Notes: a model not told the origin generated them from the letters alone. Counted from the whole stretch's first letter, positions 1-12,447 are shown. The stretch: 60,726 nt of DNA, filler included, from Squatina squatina (GCA_031763465.1; 3 parts of 3 records of this genome joined end to end with filler, not necessarily neighbours in it), one strand, 5' to 3'. Program-made: numbers and translations.

Positions 1-218
1 AGATTGGAAGAGTCCCAAACCAGGACAATCACAGGGCTGCGCATGTGCAGTCCGTTCTTCAGCGGAACTGTGCATGCGCAGTCCATTCTTTACTGGAGCT
101 GGGTATGCGCAGTGTGTTCTTCGCTGGTCGCATGCGCAGTCCCAGCGGGCACGAAAAACCAGGACATTTGAGCAATTGTGAGGTAAGCGTCGGGACACCG
201 GGACATCTGGTCACCCTA
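1..218. mobile_element. Right end of a non-autonomous hAT-Blackjack-like DNA transposon (truncated by window start)
   Basis: 191-218 CGGGACACCGGGACATCTGGTCACCCTA is the reverse complement of a TAGGGTGACCAGATGTCCCG-type terminal inverted repeat typical of Blackjack/MER81-MER94-like hATs. The interior has four GCATGCGCAGT-like motifs. Confidence 0.6.
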
Positions 219-783
219 TACATAATGGATTAGTCTTTTTTAAATGCACATGGTTTTCTTTTTTTTTAATGTTTTCTTTTTCCAGAAGTTGCACCAATGA
301 TGGCAAAATCTTTAAGGGCCTTTAAGAACAGACTGGGTCCACGATGAATATACTTGCCAGCAGCTGCTTGAGCCATTTATGTTGAAATATATTGTTCAGA
401 AGATGGAACATTTGTTTACTGTTATTTATTTTTCTATACTATTTTGACCAAAAAGTGCATCTTGCACATATTTATTTTCTGAAAGAAAACCGATCATTTG
501 CAAAGTTCTGGAGTAAGTGTGTTATGAATGTAAAGGCAAATAGAGACGTGAGATTGAGATGAATTAAAGTTTCTCAAATGTCTTAAGTTGATGTATGTAT
601 ACATGATTCACATCACATNNNNNNNNNNNNNNNNNNNNNNNNNNNNNNNNNNNNNNNNNNNNNNNNNNNNNNNNNNNNNNNNNNNNNNNNNNNNNNNNNN
701 NNNNNNNNNNNNNNNNNNTACCATCTGTATCATTGGTATGGATTTGTCCTGTACTAAAAATACAGGCGAAGGAACCTGTTCCC

Positions 784-2719
784 CTAGCTTGTTCCCAGTG
801 CTATCGGAACCCCCCCTTTAGCCGCTCTCCTGTGTGTTTCCTCTCGATGCTGTGAACCAAAAAGCAGTACTATCAACTGGGCAATAACCAAAACGTGGAA
901 AAAGATCTAGATCCATGGGTGTACTTGGATATTCAAAAAACCCCAATTCCATAAATCTTCTCATCATGTGGTGTTGTCTATCCGTTTGATGTCGTTTGTC
1001 AGCAAACGAACCTGTTGCTGCAATATGTAATAAGTTCGATGCATTCGCTGGGCCTTCTCGCGAATGTCAGTGAGGTGTTCAGCTAACAACGGAATTACAT
1101 ACGAGAACTGGCTCAGATACGGAGTAAAATTTTCCTTCATGCTGTCTTCCACCTGCATGTTAACTGTGTCTCTCTTGTATATCTCCATCACTTCTATTTT
1201 TCCCACCCTTACTGATGTCTGTGGGTGTAGGCACACCGTGGGGCAAGTAATGGGGCAGCATCGATTATGCCCATATTGATATTCCCGTTGCGGCGAGGTG
1301 ATGCAATATCTTCCTTTACCCAGATGTGCCGCGTGAGTGGGCTCTAGTATATCCCGTATTGCCTCCATCGTACAGTTGGCTGTTGCATTAAACCCACATT
1401 TTGATTCCTCTGTCTCATATATTGGATGTGGACACACAACTGAAGAGGCTTCTACACTACATCTCTCTAACATAGTACCTACGATAATACCCCCTGTCCC
1501 TATTGCATATGGTGGTATCTTGTAATACTTTATATAATAACCTCCCCTGATTACCCCAATATTTTCTACTCTATATAATGTTTTAATGGGTGTTGAGTCT
1601 GGTACGACTGGAATCATCAAGACAATACTGATTAACATATTATTATGTACAATACACTTGGCATTAGTTTTGTATATATGCATTACACAAACCCCTGAGC
1701 TGGCAACGGGTCAGACCGTGATTGTGATTTCGGGAAAGGTTATACAGGTGTGAATTTATTATCTACAAGGGGACCTCCCCTTCATGGATTTGTCCCAGAT
1801 TTTCTCATGTTTGCTCGAGCATCCATGATCCGCATGCATCATTTCTGACCACGTCGTCTGAGATGTTCTTTTCTACATTAACCAATTGATTAATGGTCCA
1901 GGCATGGCTTTCTAATATAGTGTCTAGGCTTTGGATTACTTGTGTTAAATCCTGGCCCGCACCGAGTTGTCTGTCCTGAATGCTTTGTCCCCCTTCCAGA
2001 ATTTTCTTAAGTTGGGAGCTCAGGGTTCAGACTTTCTGGTCCAGTGTACCCACATCAATTGCATTTATTATGGAGTTTCCGGTGTTAAACGCGGTGGCAG
2101 CGTCGCTAATCAGCCCACGCTGCTGTCGCCTTCCCCCGGCCAGGGGCATATCCACCCACCCACTGTGCTGCCTGTGTGATAACTTGTTTTAACAGCGCTA
2201 CATACAGGGCCCGGGTCTGTTCCGGGTACCACACTGGTAAGCCAATACCTAAAATATTTAGGACTATGGGAACCAGCTCATGGTGTGCATTATCATACAG
2301 AACGCTATCCTCTGTTACTAATACCAGTCCATTCTCCAGTCCTGGACTCAGTGTCGGACAAGGTCAGTTTGTCGGTGTCGTCTTATCGTCACATATGGAA
2401 ACAGCCTTTGTTGTAACTGCCGGGGTCATGGTGCACGCCGTCGTGGTAACGTCCTGTTCCTTAGGACTCAGCGCCCACCACTGAGTCCCCTGTTTCCTTA
2501 CGTTCTCAATTCCTGGATATGGTGTCCAGTCGTTTTCACCTTTTCCAGTCATGAGCTGGGTGAATCCAGCATCACACTCTGCACGTACATGATTGTATGG
2601 TAAACAGATCATCATTTTCTCCGGGTCTCCTTTTTTCTTAATACAGATCGTGCTCGTATTTCGCCATTTGATCACTATCCCTTGTGGACCGGATCCGAAG
2701 CTACCCGTGCTGTGGGTTA
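784..2719 (-). pseudogene. Decayed endogenous viral envelope gene, class I fusion glycoprotein of F type (lokiretrovirus-like env)
   Basis: Hand translation across stops and frameshifts gives: SPGLENGLVLVTEDSVLYDNAHHELVPIVLN; cleavage site RRQQR|GLISDAATAFNTGNSIINAIDV (2131-2117); long HR1-like helix; QIHEGEVPL*II; LISIVLMIPVV..TLYRVENIG; Cys-rich block (ERC..VVCPHP..KCGFNATANCTME..RYCITS..RCCPITCPTVC); HR2-like helix; Trp-rich **EDLWNWG; hydrophobic IFFHVLVIAQLIVLLFG. Several N-glycosylation sequons. The ORF track shows only the pieces 964-1683 and 2364-2719. Confidence 0.8.
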
Positions 2720-3564
2720 NNNNNNNNNNNNNNNNNNNNNNNNNNNNNNNNNNNNNNNNNNNNNNNNNNNNNNNNNNNNNNNNNNNNNNNNNNNNNNNNN
2801 NNNNNNNNNNNNNNNNNNNTAGAATTACAGAAATCAAAACTTCTAGTTCTGCTACATCAAACAAACAAAAAAGATTACCAAAGTGCTGCTGTGTTCCCAC
2901 TTGCAATTCAAGAGTCTTAACTCCTGGTCATGGACTCAACCACAGATTAATGATTGACCTTCTGTACTGGATCCAGTGCAACTATTTCCATCCCTTCCTG
3001 CAGAATGCTCAGGCACCACTGATTTGCATCCAGTACCCATTAAAAAGATGGAAGTTGGAATTACAGCTGAAGCTATTATAATGCTCAGTGCTAATACAAT
3101 AGCTATAGTTGCATAATGAGCCAGCCACCTTATTTGCTTATGGGGATTTTTTAAATGTGCTTATGGAGAGCCTGTTGAGGAATGGACTGTTTCTATGTAA
3201 TTATCAAGTAACTCCTGACTCAACTGAATACAGGCTAAAGTTAGTCTTTCTATGCTGCATGGAAAAAGAAACCCCTCTAACCCAGCACACCCAACTCTTG
3301 CACCAGTGTCAATTTTCTAATATGCAAGATCATGCCATTGCCTTTAATGAGATTGCCATGTGGCTTCAGGCCCATCCCATTGTGAACAGAAGTGACACTG
3401 CTGTAAACTTATTCCACTCAACACACTGTGTCAGTATCGTAGACTTTCATCCTGCACGAGTTGGATTGAACCCAGACCCTAAGCTGCTGTCTTATTTTGT
3501 TCAAAACATTCAACCCAGGACATCAGATTTGGGGGGGGGTGGGCGGAGGAAGTCAGAACTACTA

Positions 3565-3756
<192 letters not shown>

Positions 3757-4159
3757 TCATTCAGAAAAGGATTCATCCCAGTTTCTTCCCCCACAACTGA
3801 GCCATTCAAATAGAGGACTCAGTGAAAGTAAAGGACTTGTAATTTACACAATACCGTAACACACCCACAAGACATTCACAGCTCTTATTTTATTTTCTGA
3901 TATGGAACCACTTGTGATTAATCACTAACATCACTTATTAGAACATCCTTGCGACAGTCAGGTACCCAAAGCTGCAGACATTTCAAGTGAGCACCACCGT
4001 TTTTATACAAGTCTAGAATACCACATTTTGATTTCCCTGGAGGTCTAGTCTAGTACCTTATATAGTTATGTGTAAAACAAGACCATGAGAACAATTGGAA
4101 GGAAAAAATGAAAGCAGTATGACTGAACATGCAGCCAGAAAGTGTCTGCCATTAGCTTC

Positions 4160-4498
4160 AGGAAGAATTTATCTAGATTTCCAAAAGGTCTTCAATAAGG
4201 TACCACATAACAGACTAATGAATAAGGTCAGGGAATGCGGAGTCAGGGGTCAAGTCGCAGAATGGATAGGTAGCTGGCTGCAAGACATAGGAGAGAGATG
4301 GGATAGTGGGTAGCTACTCAGTGTGGCAGAAGGTAAGAAGTGGGGTCCCACAAAGATCAGTGCTGGGATAACTGTTATTCACAATTGATATTAACAATTT
4401 AGACTTTGGAATCAAAAACGGATTTCTAAACTTGCAGACGACACCAAATTGGGAGGGAAAATCAACAGTGAGGAGAACTGCAACAAATTACAAGTCAT
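4160..4498 (+). mobile_element. CR1-clade LINE reverse transcriptase fragment
   Basis: IYLDFQKVFNKVPHNRLMNKVRECGVRGQVAEWIGSWL and downstream ADDTKLGGKINSEENCNKLQ are typical CR1 RT motifs; frameshifted. Confidence 0.85.
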
Positions 4499-6143
4499 NN
4501 NNNNNNNNNNNNNNNNNNNNNNNNNNNNNNNNNNNNNNNNNNNNNNNNNNNNNNNNNNNNNNNNNNNNNNNNNNNNNNNNNNNNNNNNNNNNNNNNNNAA
4601 AACCAGCCTGATTTTCATTCCATTGATTTCATGGGATAAGCTACCAGATGTGTTTCTGGAAAAACAGGAGCCAAATGATATACTGAGAAAGTATTGTTGC
4701 GATCAATCAAAAAGGATGTTTTTATTGGAGCAAATAACCTTTTTTCTGTTCCTAAATTTTCCTTTGTATTTTTTGGCGGTCAGTGAACCTTTTATGTAAC
4801 TTTCTTGACTGAAGGACATTTATAGTCATATTAATTTCATTGAAATTTAAAAATGCGTCACCCAAGACTACTTTGTTCAGCTTAAAAATATGACACACAT
4901 GATTGTAGCACGTCACTGTACTCTCTTTGAGCATTAATAGAGGCTATACTGCCTTATCTGGATTATGCTGTTGGGATATTTTGTTCTTTTTATAATTATG
5001 GATATATCATTTTGTTATGAGAAATAAACATTTAGGAGTTTTTTATTCACTCATTTTGGTCAACAGAATTGACCTTAAACAAGAACAGATTTAAAAAAAA
5101 ATGAAAGACACATGAACCTGTTTTTAATTATCCTTTCCCCTCATTTAAATTGTGGCATGAAAATGCGTTGTAAAATAATGCTATGATGTTGGAGCCCAAG
5201 TATTATAATTTTATAGCACTACTCCGACATTGCACTCTAATGACAAAAGAAAACTGGGTGGGAATTTTATATGAATAGAAATCAAGGCATACTTTCAAAA
5301 GTTAATTCCACACAAAACTTTTATACTTTTTAAAGTTGTTTTAGCCCTTCAATTTTCCATCCTTCCTTTCACCTCTGAAGGTATTGTCTGCCTTCGTGGG
5401 GTATGCTTCCATGTTCAGCAGTTGCCCTCCAATACCTTGTCCAAGTAGCCCTTGTTTATGTGTAATCCTCAGTGGTGAGGAGGCTTTTCAGTAAGGCTAA
5501 TAAATGAAATTGACATCTGGCTGGGGAGATGGCGTACTGGAACTACAGGTTGCTCCTTGTGCACTTGAATGTGCATATTGGACCTCAGCTCTTCTTCCTC
5601 CCTCTCTGCCTTCACTCATCTTGTTCCCAGTCTTTGCTTTTTATGCTCCCCTTCACTCTTCCTGACACACTGTCTGATGTCTGCATCAATCTTCTACCTT
5701 ATTCATTGCAACTTCCTTCTGAGCTATCCAACTGCTGCCAAAGCTCTTACCTTTCCTGGATTTGCTCACAGTCTCCCTCTGCTCCAGCTGGCGTTCCTTT
5801 GTCAAACGCATGATGGCACACATTTTTGGCACTCTCTACACAGCCACTTGTGCTGTATCATCCTCCTCCTCCAGTACTTAGGTGTCTGGGGATTAACTTC
5901 TCTCATACCTGTCTCCACTCCCACACTCCCTGCAAGTTTTCTTGTATTACTTCCAACTCCCACAAAGGTTTGACTGCCCTAATCTCTTTTTCATCAACAA
6001 TAACAAATTGTATTTATATTGCATATTTAATGTAATAGAATGTNNNNNNNNNNNNNNNNNNNNNNNNNNNNNNNNNNNNNNNNNNNNNNNNNNNNNNNNN
6101 NNNNNNNNNNNNNNNNNNNNNNNNNNNNNNNNNNNNNNNNNNN

Positions 6144-6245
<102 letters not shown>

Positions 6246-7888
6246 TAAAAAGAACTACAAGAGCAAGAATGCCTCATTGTACCTTTCATCACACATTGTT
6301 TTAATCTGAGCTGTTTGCGACTAGATATTAAGCGTACAACATTGTTAGCATAACTGAAAATAAAGTCACTTTTACGCATTACTAGCATTAGCGTTTTGGT
6401 GATTAAGACCAATTTATACAAAACTTTATTAAACGGGTGAGCAAACTCTCGAGGTCTTCATTTTTTTTTTAAACTTAAAAATGACGTGTTTTGCAAATTC
6501 AGTCTTAGTGGCTTGGTAAAAGCTATGACAATGGAAGATTGTGTGAAGCTCTGCAGGATAACATGTCTTGTATCTTTACAGAACTGGAATTTTCTATAAT
6601 GGATCCACCTCGTATTTTATTTGCTTTCTAGATTCTGTAGGGATGCATTGTAGAGAACATTTTGGATATATAATGGGGATTGAAAAGTCGCTAACAGACT
6701 TATTACATTTATGGATTTTGTTTAGAACTAAAGTGGTGCAGTTGGTTACCAAAGCATTTTGCATAATCTGATAAATCCCTCAGCCTTGACGGACTCTGAT
6801 TTGTAGGTTCATTGTGCAGGTGTGTGTGACACACGTTTACTGACTGGACAGACAGAAGATTGGAATTTAGTAGTTGACTAAAAAATCCTGCACTTAACAG
6901 ATTATCATCTGAAAATGACATTTTGAAGGAATGCTTTTCAAGAACATTGTGTGCAATTATGGGTACCCTTCCTTCGGAAGGCCATTTTGTGTATCCAAGG
7001 AATTAGAAAGAAGCAACAAGGGTAAATTTCGGCCTTGGGCCTGTGAATTATGAAGAGAGATGTGTTGCAGAAGTGAACTTGTTTACATTGGAGAAAAGAT
7101 TGAGTGGATATGATGCAGGTGTCAAATTCTGAGGGAAATGTATGATTAGAATCACAGAATCTTGCAGCAAAGAAGGAGGCCATTTGGCCNNNNNNNNNNN
7201 NNNNNNNNNNNNNNNNNNNNNNNNNNNNNNNNNNNNNNNNNNNNNNNNNNNNNNNNNNNNNNNNNNNNNNNNNNNNNNNNNNNNNNNNNGGGAGCTTCTT
7301 TTACCAATCCCACCCCCCACACCACCCTCCTTTGCTTGACTATTTCCGGCACATATTTATATTGTATCTCCACAGCATGTCAGCCTTTTCTATCACTAAT
7401 TTGAGTGTTCCTAATCTCTATCTGGTTGCCAAGTTGGCAAAGTGATTTGCGTCTAGACACTCTGCCAGCCGGAGGGAGGACAATCACAGGCAATTCCCCT
7501 CAGGCCATTCTTCATTCCATGTCCTTTTAAGCCCCAAGTGTGGAGAATTTGAGGTATTTTGGTTATTGCACATTGTCTAAATTATAACTTTAAAAATGTT
7601 GCTGTTTAATTTGGACTAACCCACAGAATTATAGGGTCAGTAAGATTTAGACTTCATCTGCACCTCAAAATTATCAACTTGACAGTACTTCTCAACTACT
7701 TAACCAGAACTGCCTCTGGTACCACTGCACCCTCTGAAATATATTAAAAGAAAAAGAAAGCTGGAACCTCTGGTGCACACATACAAGATTTATTTTTGTT
7801 AGTCGTTGGTTTATACAGTTGGGTCACTGAGATATTGTAGGTGGTAGTTAGCCATCTGCTGTTTACTTATTTTTCATTTTATGTCTAG

Positions 7889-8047
<159 letters not shown>

Positions 8048-8147
8048 NNNNNNNNNNNNNNNNNNNNNNNNNNNNNNNNNNNNNNNNNNNNNNNNNNNNN
8101 NNNNNNNNNNNNNNNNNNNNNNNNNNNNNNNNNNNNNNNNNNNNNNN

Positions 8148-8313
8148 ATTGAGTACATTCAAAACAGAGATCAATAGATTTCTAGATATTAAAGGCATCA
8201 AGGGATATGGAGATAGTGCAGGAACATGGCGTTGAGGTAGAAGATCAGCCATGATCTTGTTAAATGGCGGAGCAGTCTTGATGGCCTACTCCTCCTATTT
8301 CTTATGTTCTTAT
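8148..8313 (+). mobile_element. CR1/HER1-like LINE 3' end
   Basis: FKTEINRFLDIKGIKGYG-like ORF2 end followed by a gcctactcctcctatttcttatgttcttatg tail. Confidence 0.8.
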
Positions 8314-9150
8314 GAAGGAGAAAACACAAAAGAAGAAATTCATATCTGAAAATGCAGTTTTATTCTTCAGGGAATTCAGACTCCTGAATTTTTAGCAATG
8401 ACTCGGTGAGTAATCAAAACAAAGGCTTGTGGCTTGTTTCAGATTGGAAATAAAGATACTTAAACACTAACCCCCTCCCATTTGATTTGAGTACAGTAGA
8501 AACTTTTTCTTGGGAGTGTTTCCGCCAAAGCAGGATTGACTCATGAAAACATCATGTAAAAATAATTCTGCCATGTACTATCATTCCAAGTGTTTGTAAT
8601 TATTGAAGCCTTTGTGAATTATTTGGCTAAGCCATAGGTTAGTATGGCGCAGTCTTACATTAGACTGTAGTATACAAGGAAATAAGGATTCAATGTTTTT
8701 CTGGGTAGTTAAAAGGACTAGGTGGCCAACAGGAGAAATTATCTTGAACCCGAGGCTTATCTAGAACTGACTGGTCTAAATTAACTTTTTTAAAAAAAAG
8801 CAAGGATTTTAGTTAAGTAGCAAACAAAGAGAAATAAAAAGACTTGTATGTAGCACACGAGAAATCTCTGGTAAACGCCAGCCTTTCCAGGCTTTGTACA
8901 TAAGGTTTGAGTCGCTAGTACCTGGCTACAACTTCACCTCCCCCCTGTTAGCCCTCTGTCCCTCCCCTACAGTGTGTACAGAGCCAGTGCTGGTAGATGA
9001 AAAGACTGACAGCACCAGCTGGAACAAGAATGTGAACTGTGGCTCCGTCANNNNNNNNNNNNNNNNNNNNNNNNNNNNNNNNNNNNNNNNNNNNNNNNNN
9101 NNNNNNNNNNNNNNNNNNNNNNNNNNNNNNNNNNNNNNNNNNNNNNNNNN

Positions 9151-10717
9151 GCCCTCAGCCCTTCATACCAAATCCCTTTTCCCATTCAACTCTTCCCTTA
9201 AAAAGTCTAAAACAGTTACTCCTTCCTATCCCCCACCCCCATTACACTTTCTGAGCTGCAGTAATTTGCATTCTTCTCCAGCCTGGTCCTCCACATCTCT
9301 ACCGTATTCAAGGTCCACCATTTGCTCTTCAACTGGTGTGCAGCCGTCACTTCATTCTTCAAGTAAGAATGTACTTTCTCCCACTTCTCAGCAACTTTCA
9401 TATCATTCTCCTAGAATTCCTAATTATTCCTGTCAGAGCTTGACACGCACTACTTCAGCAAAATCTGATGTAGTATCTTCTCCTCCAACTCAGCTGTCAT
9501 TATTGACTTCAATCCTAAGATCTGGAAAACTGCCTCCTGTATCATCCAAATCCTCAGAACAATCAAAACTAGTTTCCTCGGCCCCATCCCTGAGCACCAT
9601 TGGTTCACAATCTTCTAGCAAATCTCCAATTCTGATAACCCAAAAAGCATCTTCTTCCTGTCAAAAAGCCAGATCACTTTCCCCCACTCCAGGGAAGTAT
9701 CTCCAGCGCCCTTCTGGAATACTTGGAGGTGTTTCTTCCGTCTCATCAAGATCCCTAACCCCTCCTTTGNNNNNNNNNNNNNNNNNNNNNNNNNNNNNNN
9801 NNNNNNNNNNNNNNNNNNNNNNNNNNNNNNNNNNNNNNNNNNNNNNNNNNNNNNNNNNNNNNNNNNNNNNNNNNNNNNNNNNNNNNNNNNNNNNNNNNNN
9901 NGCTCATTACTTGAATCCAGGTAATTCTGCACCCACTCTCTCTTCATCGTGGCATGCCACAAAGCCCCCTACATCTCCCCGTTCTCCCTCCCCGAGACAT
10001 GGATTGCCAGGACCTTTTCCTTCACGTCGTTTCTCACCAATCAGTTCATTTTTCCCAACGCCAGAACTACAGTCTCCTTTATCAGACCACACTTTAGATC
10101 ATTTACCCTCTGACAGATTGAGTAGAATTTCCCCCACCCCTGATTCGAGCTTGAATTACTGCCCTGTAAAACTTGGCAGTCTTTCACTTACTCCAACAAG
10201 TCCTTCCCTTTCTCCTTCTGCAAGACCCTACAATATTTCCCCCTTATCAGAACAGTCTGTGCCATCTTCCCCAACCTCTCTTTCTTCTTCCCCTACCCCA
10301 GTTAATTCTTCCCCGCAATCTGGTTCTGTTACTCCGACTCCATTGAATACTGATCCTTTTTTCTCTTCACTAAGATCAAGCTCTGTTCCTCCTACCCAAA
10401 ATCAAACCTCTCCTCATTCCTCTTTAAAACTGAGCTCCCATTACTCTACCCCAAATTCTTCTTCTTCACTAAATCCTCCTACCTCAGGGCAGTTATCTTT
10501 CCATCCTTCTCCTCTCCCTAGATCCAATGACACTGTCATTACTCCAGCTCACTCTGCAGCACATTTCTCTAACTCAAGGATTGACATACTGTCACCTGGT
10601 CCAGTCCAATCCCCTCCACCACCATCACTATCACCTTTCTCAAGGTCTGGCACACAATCTCCAGTACAATCTTTATCCTGTTCTGCTGAGAATGAGACTA
10701 AGAAACCAGAACAAAAG
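9151..10717 (+). CDS. MLIP: MLIP large Ser/Pro-rich exon (5' part lost in gap)
   Basis: Long open Ser/Pro-rich frame containing QLSLLTSILRSG (MLIP-like motif), ending ..NETKKPEQK|gtactt in phase 0. The next exon is the conserved MLIP motif. Confidence 0.75.
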
Positions 10718-11506
10718 GTACTTTGCATCTCTTTCTTTTGCATGTGGTAGATAGCAATGGATACTGTTCTCTTGGAATGGCATTTTCATCCTTTGCTTGT
10801 ATTGCTTGAATTAGCTTGCATGAAATAATTAAAGTTCTTTTAACCAGTATTGTTCTGATTTATATCAAATGATATGGTTAATCTTCCTTTTCTACTAATA
10901 ATTAGAAAAATCCTGCACTTTTTTAAACTTGCTTGAGTTTGCCAGAATTGTTATATCTGAGACTTGAGACGTCTTGNNNNNNNNNNNNNNNNNNNNNNNN
11001 NNNNNNNNNNNNNNNNNNNNNNNNNNNNNNNNNNNNNNNNNNNNNNNNNNNNNNNNNNNNNNNNNNNNNNNNNNNNTGGGAGATTTTTCTTAAATAAAAA
11101 TTGTTAAGGTGGGGTGATGTCACTTTATCTGGGCAGATTCAATTTCCATGTCAGCCGTTGAAAATTCCATAGCTTCATTTTAGTTAATTTTTTAAATTAA
11201 ATATATAATAAAATAAATTTGCACTGCAGATTCACTAGTTGCTCCAATGTCTTTCGGATACAGTCCTTTTCAACATTCTAATACTGCATTGTAAATGAAA
11301 CCCAGCACTACTGAACATTATACAGATGCATTTATTGCAGGGTTACAAAAGGTAGCTGTTACCACATTTTATTGCAATTGAGCTGAAATAATAACCATAA
11401 ACTTTTATCATCTCTTTTCAGTAATAAATATTTTTAATTTTTTTTTCTGCATCTCTCATTTTTAGTGCATGTTCCTTTTTTCATTATTTCCTCACTTCTT
11501 CCACAG

Positions 11507-11575
11507 TACAAGATCAAATCAAGTTATAAGGCTTTTGCAGCAATACCAACAAATACATTGCTTATGGAGCAGAAG
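11507..11575 (+). CDS. MLIP: MLIP conserved 69-nt exon
   Basis: ccacag|YKIKSSYKAFAAIPTNTLLMEQK|gtcagt; this is the hallmark conserved MLIP peptide. Confidence 0.92.
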
Positions 11576-12216
11576 GTCAGTGTCAGCTGCAGAAAATTTC
11601 CTTTAACAGTCCTGCTTTCCTCTTTGTACAAATCAACAAGTCACAGACATTTGCATTTCAGTATTAAATTGACTGTTGACAAAGATTGAAGGTGCTGATG
11701 GTGATTGGGGGAGGACTGAGTGAGGTGAAGCCTTTCTGTCATACAGCAAAAGATCCTAAACCAATATCATGGTTAATAATATTTTGTATGTTGCTGCCTG
11801 TTGAATGGTTGTTGTGAGGTGGGTGTTCTGTTCTGTAGTATGGCGTGTATTTTGCAATGGGTTCTTATTTTGTCATGTAATNNNNNNNNNNNNNNNNNNN
11901 NNNNNNNNNNNNNNNNNNNNNNNNNNNNNNNNNNNNNNNNNNNNNNNNNNNNNNNNNNNNNNNNNNNNNNNNNNNNNNNNNATTGTTTGTTACTGATTTG
12001 TGTTCTGCACCATAAATCTTTGAGTGTGAAATTCCATTGACAATTTTAATGAAAAGTTTAACGAGTAAAAAAAAAGAAATCCTTTTATATGCTCGCACTG
12101 ACTATTTTATTCTAAAATTATCTTGAGTAGAAAATTCACCTCCAAAATGTTATTGAGTGCAAAAGTTCATTCACTGTATTCTTCCATCTGTTTTATTGTC
12201 TGCTTTTCTTCAACAG

Positions 12217-12447
12217 TGGCTGTTCCCATTATCCACCATCTTAACCTCTGTCCCATATCCCAGTTTGTGCCATGAAATACACCAGACCATGCTGTGCTCT
12301 CAAGACATGTCCCAGTCTATTCCTCTGTCTCTTTCACCTGTCACTTGTCTAACCACTGGATCACATATTCGCTTCTCTCCCATTGTCCCATGTAACTACT
12401 ACATGATCTCTAACCTCTCTCGCAGTCTCCACTCCCTGTACATTAAG
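12217..12447 (+). CDS. MLIP: Probable MLIP downstream exon (231 nt, phase 0/0)
   Basis: Strong acceptor (ttttcttcaacag) and donor (aag|gtgaga), open 77 codons. PYPSLCHEIHQTMLC..PLSLSPVTCLTTG resembles the MLIP C-terminal region. Confidence 0.55.

Noticed and set aside
720-2719. Env as an intact domesticated fusogen, or as truly located within the LRRC1 locus
   Set aside because: Seven stops and two frameshifts; the contig is bounded by 100-N gaps on both sides, so its placement is unsupported.
8894-9050. N-terminus of the 618-aa ORF as part of MLIP
   Set aside because: Separated by an unsized 100-N gap and shows no MLIP similarity; the fusion is probably accidental.
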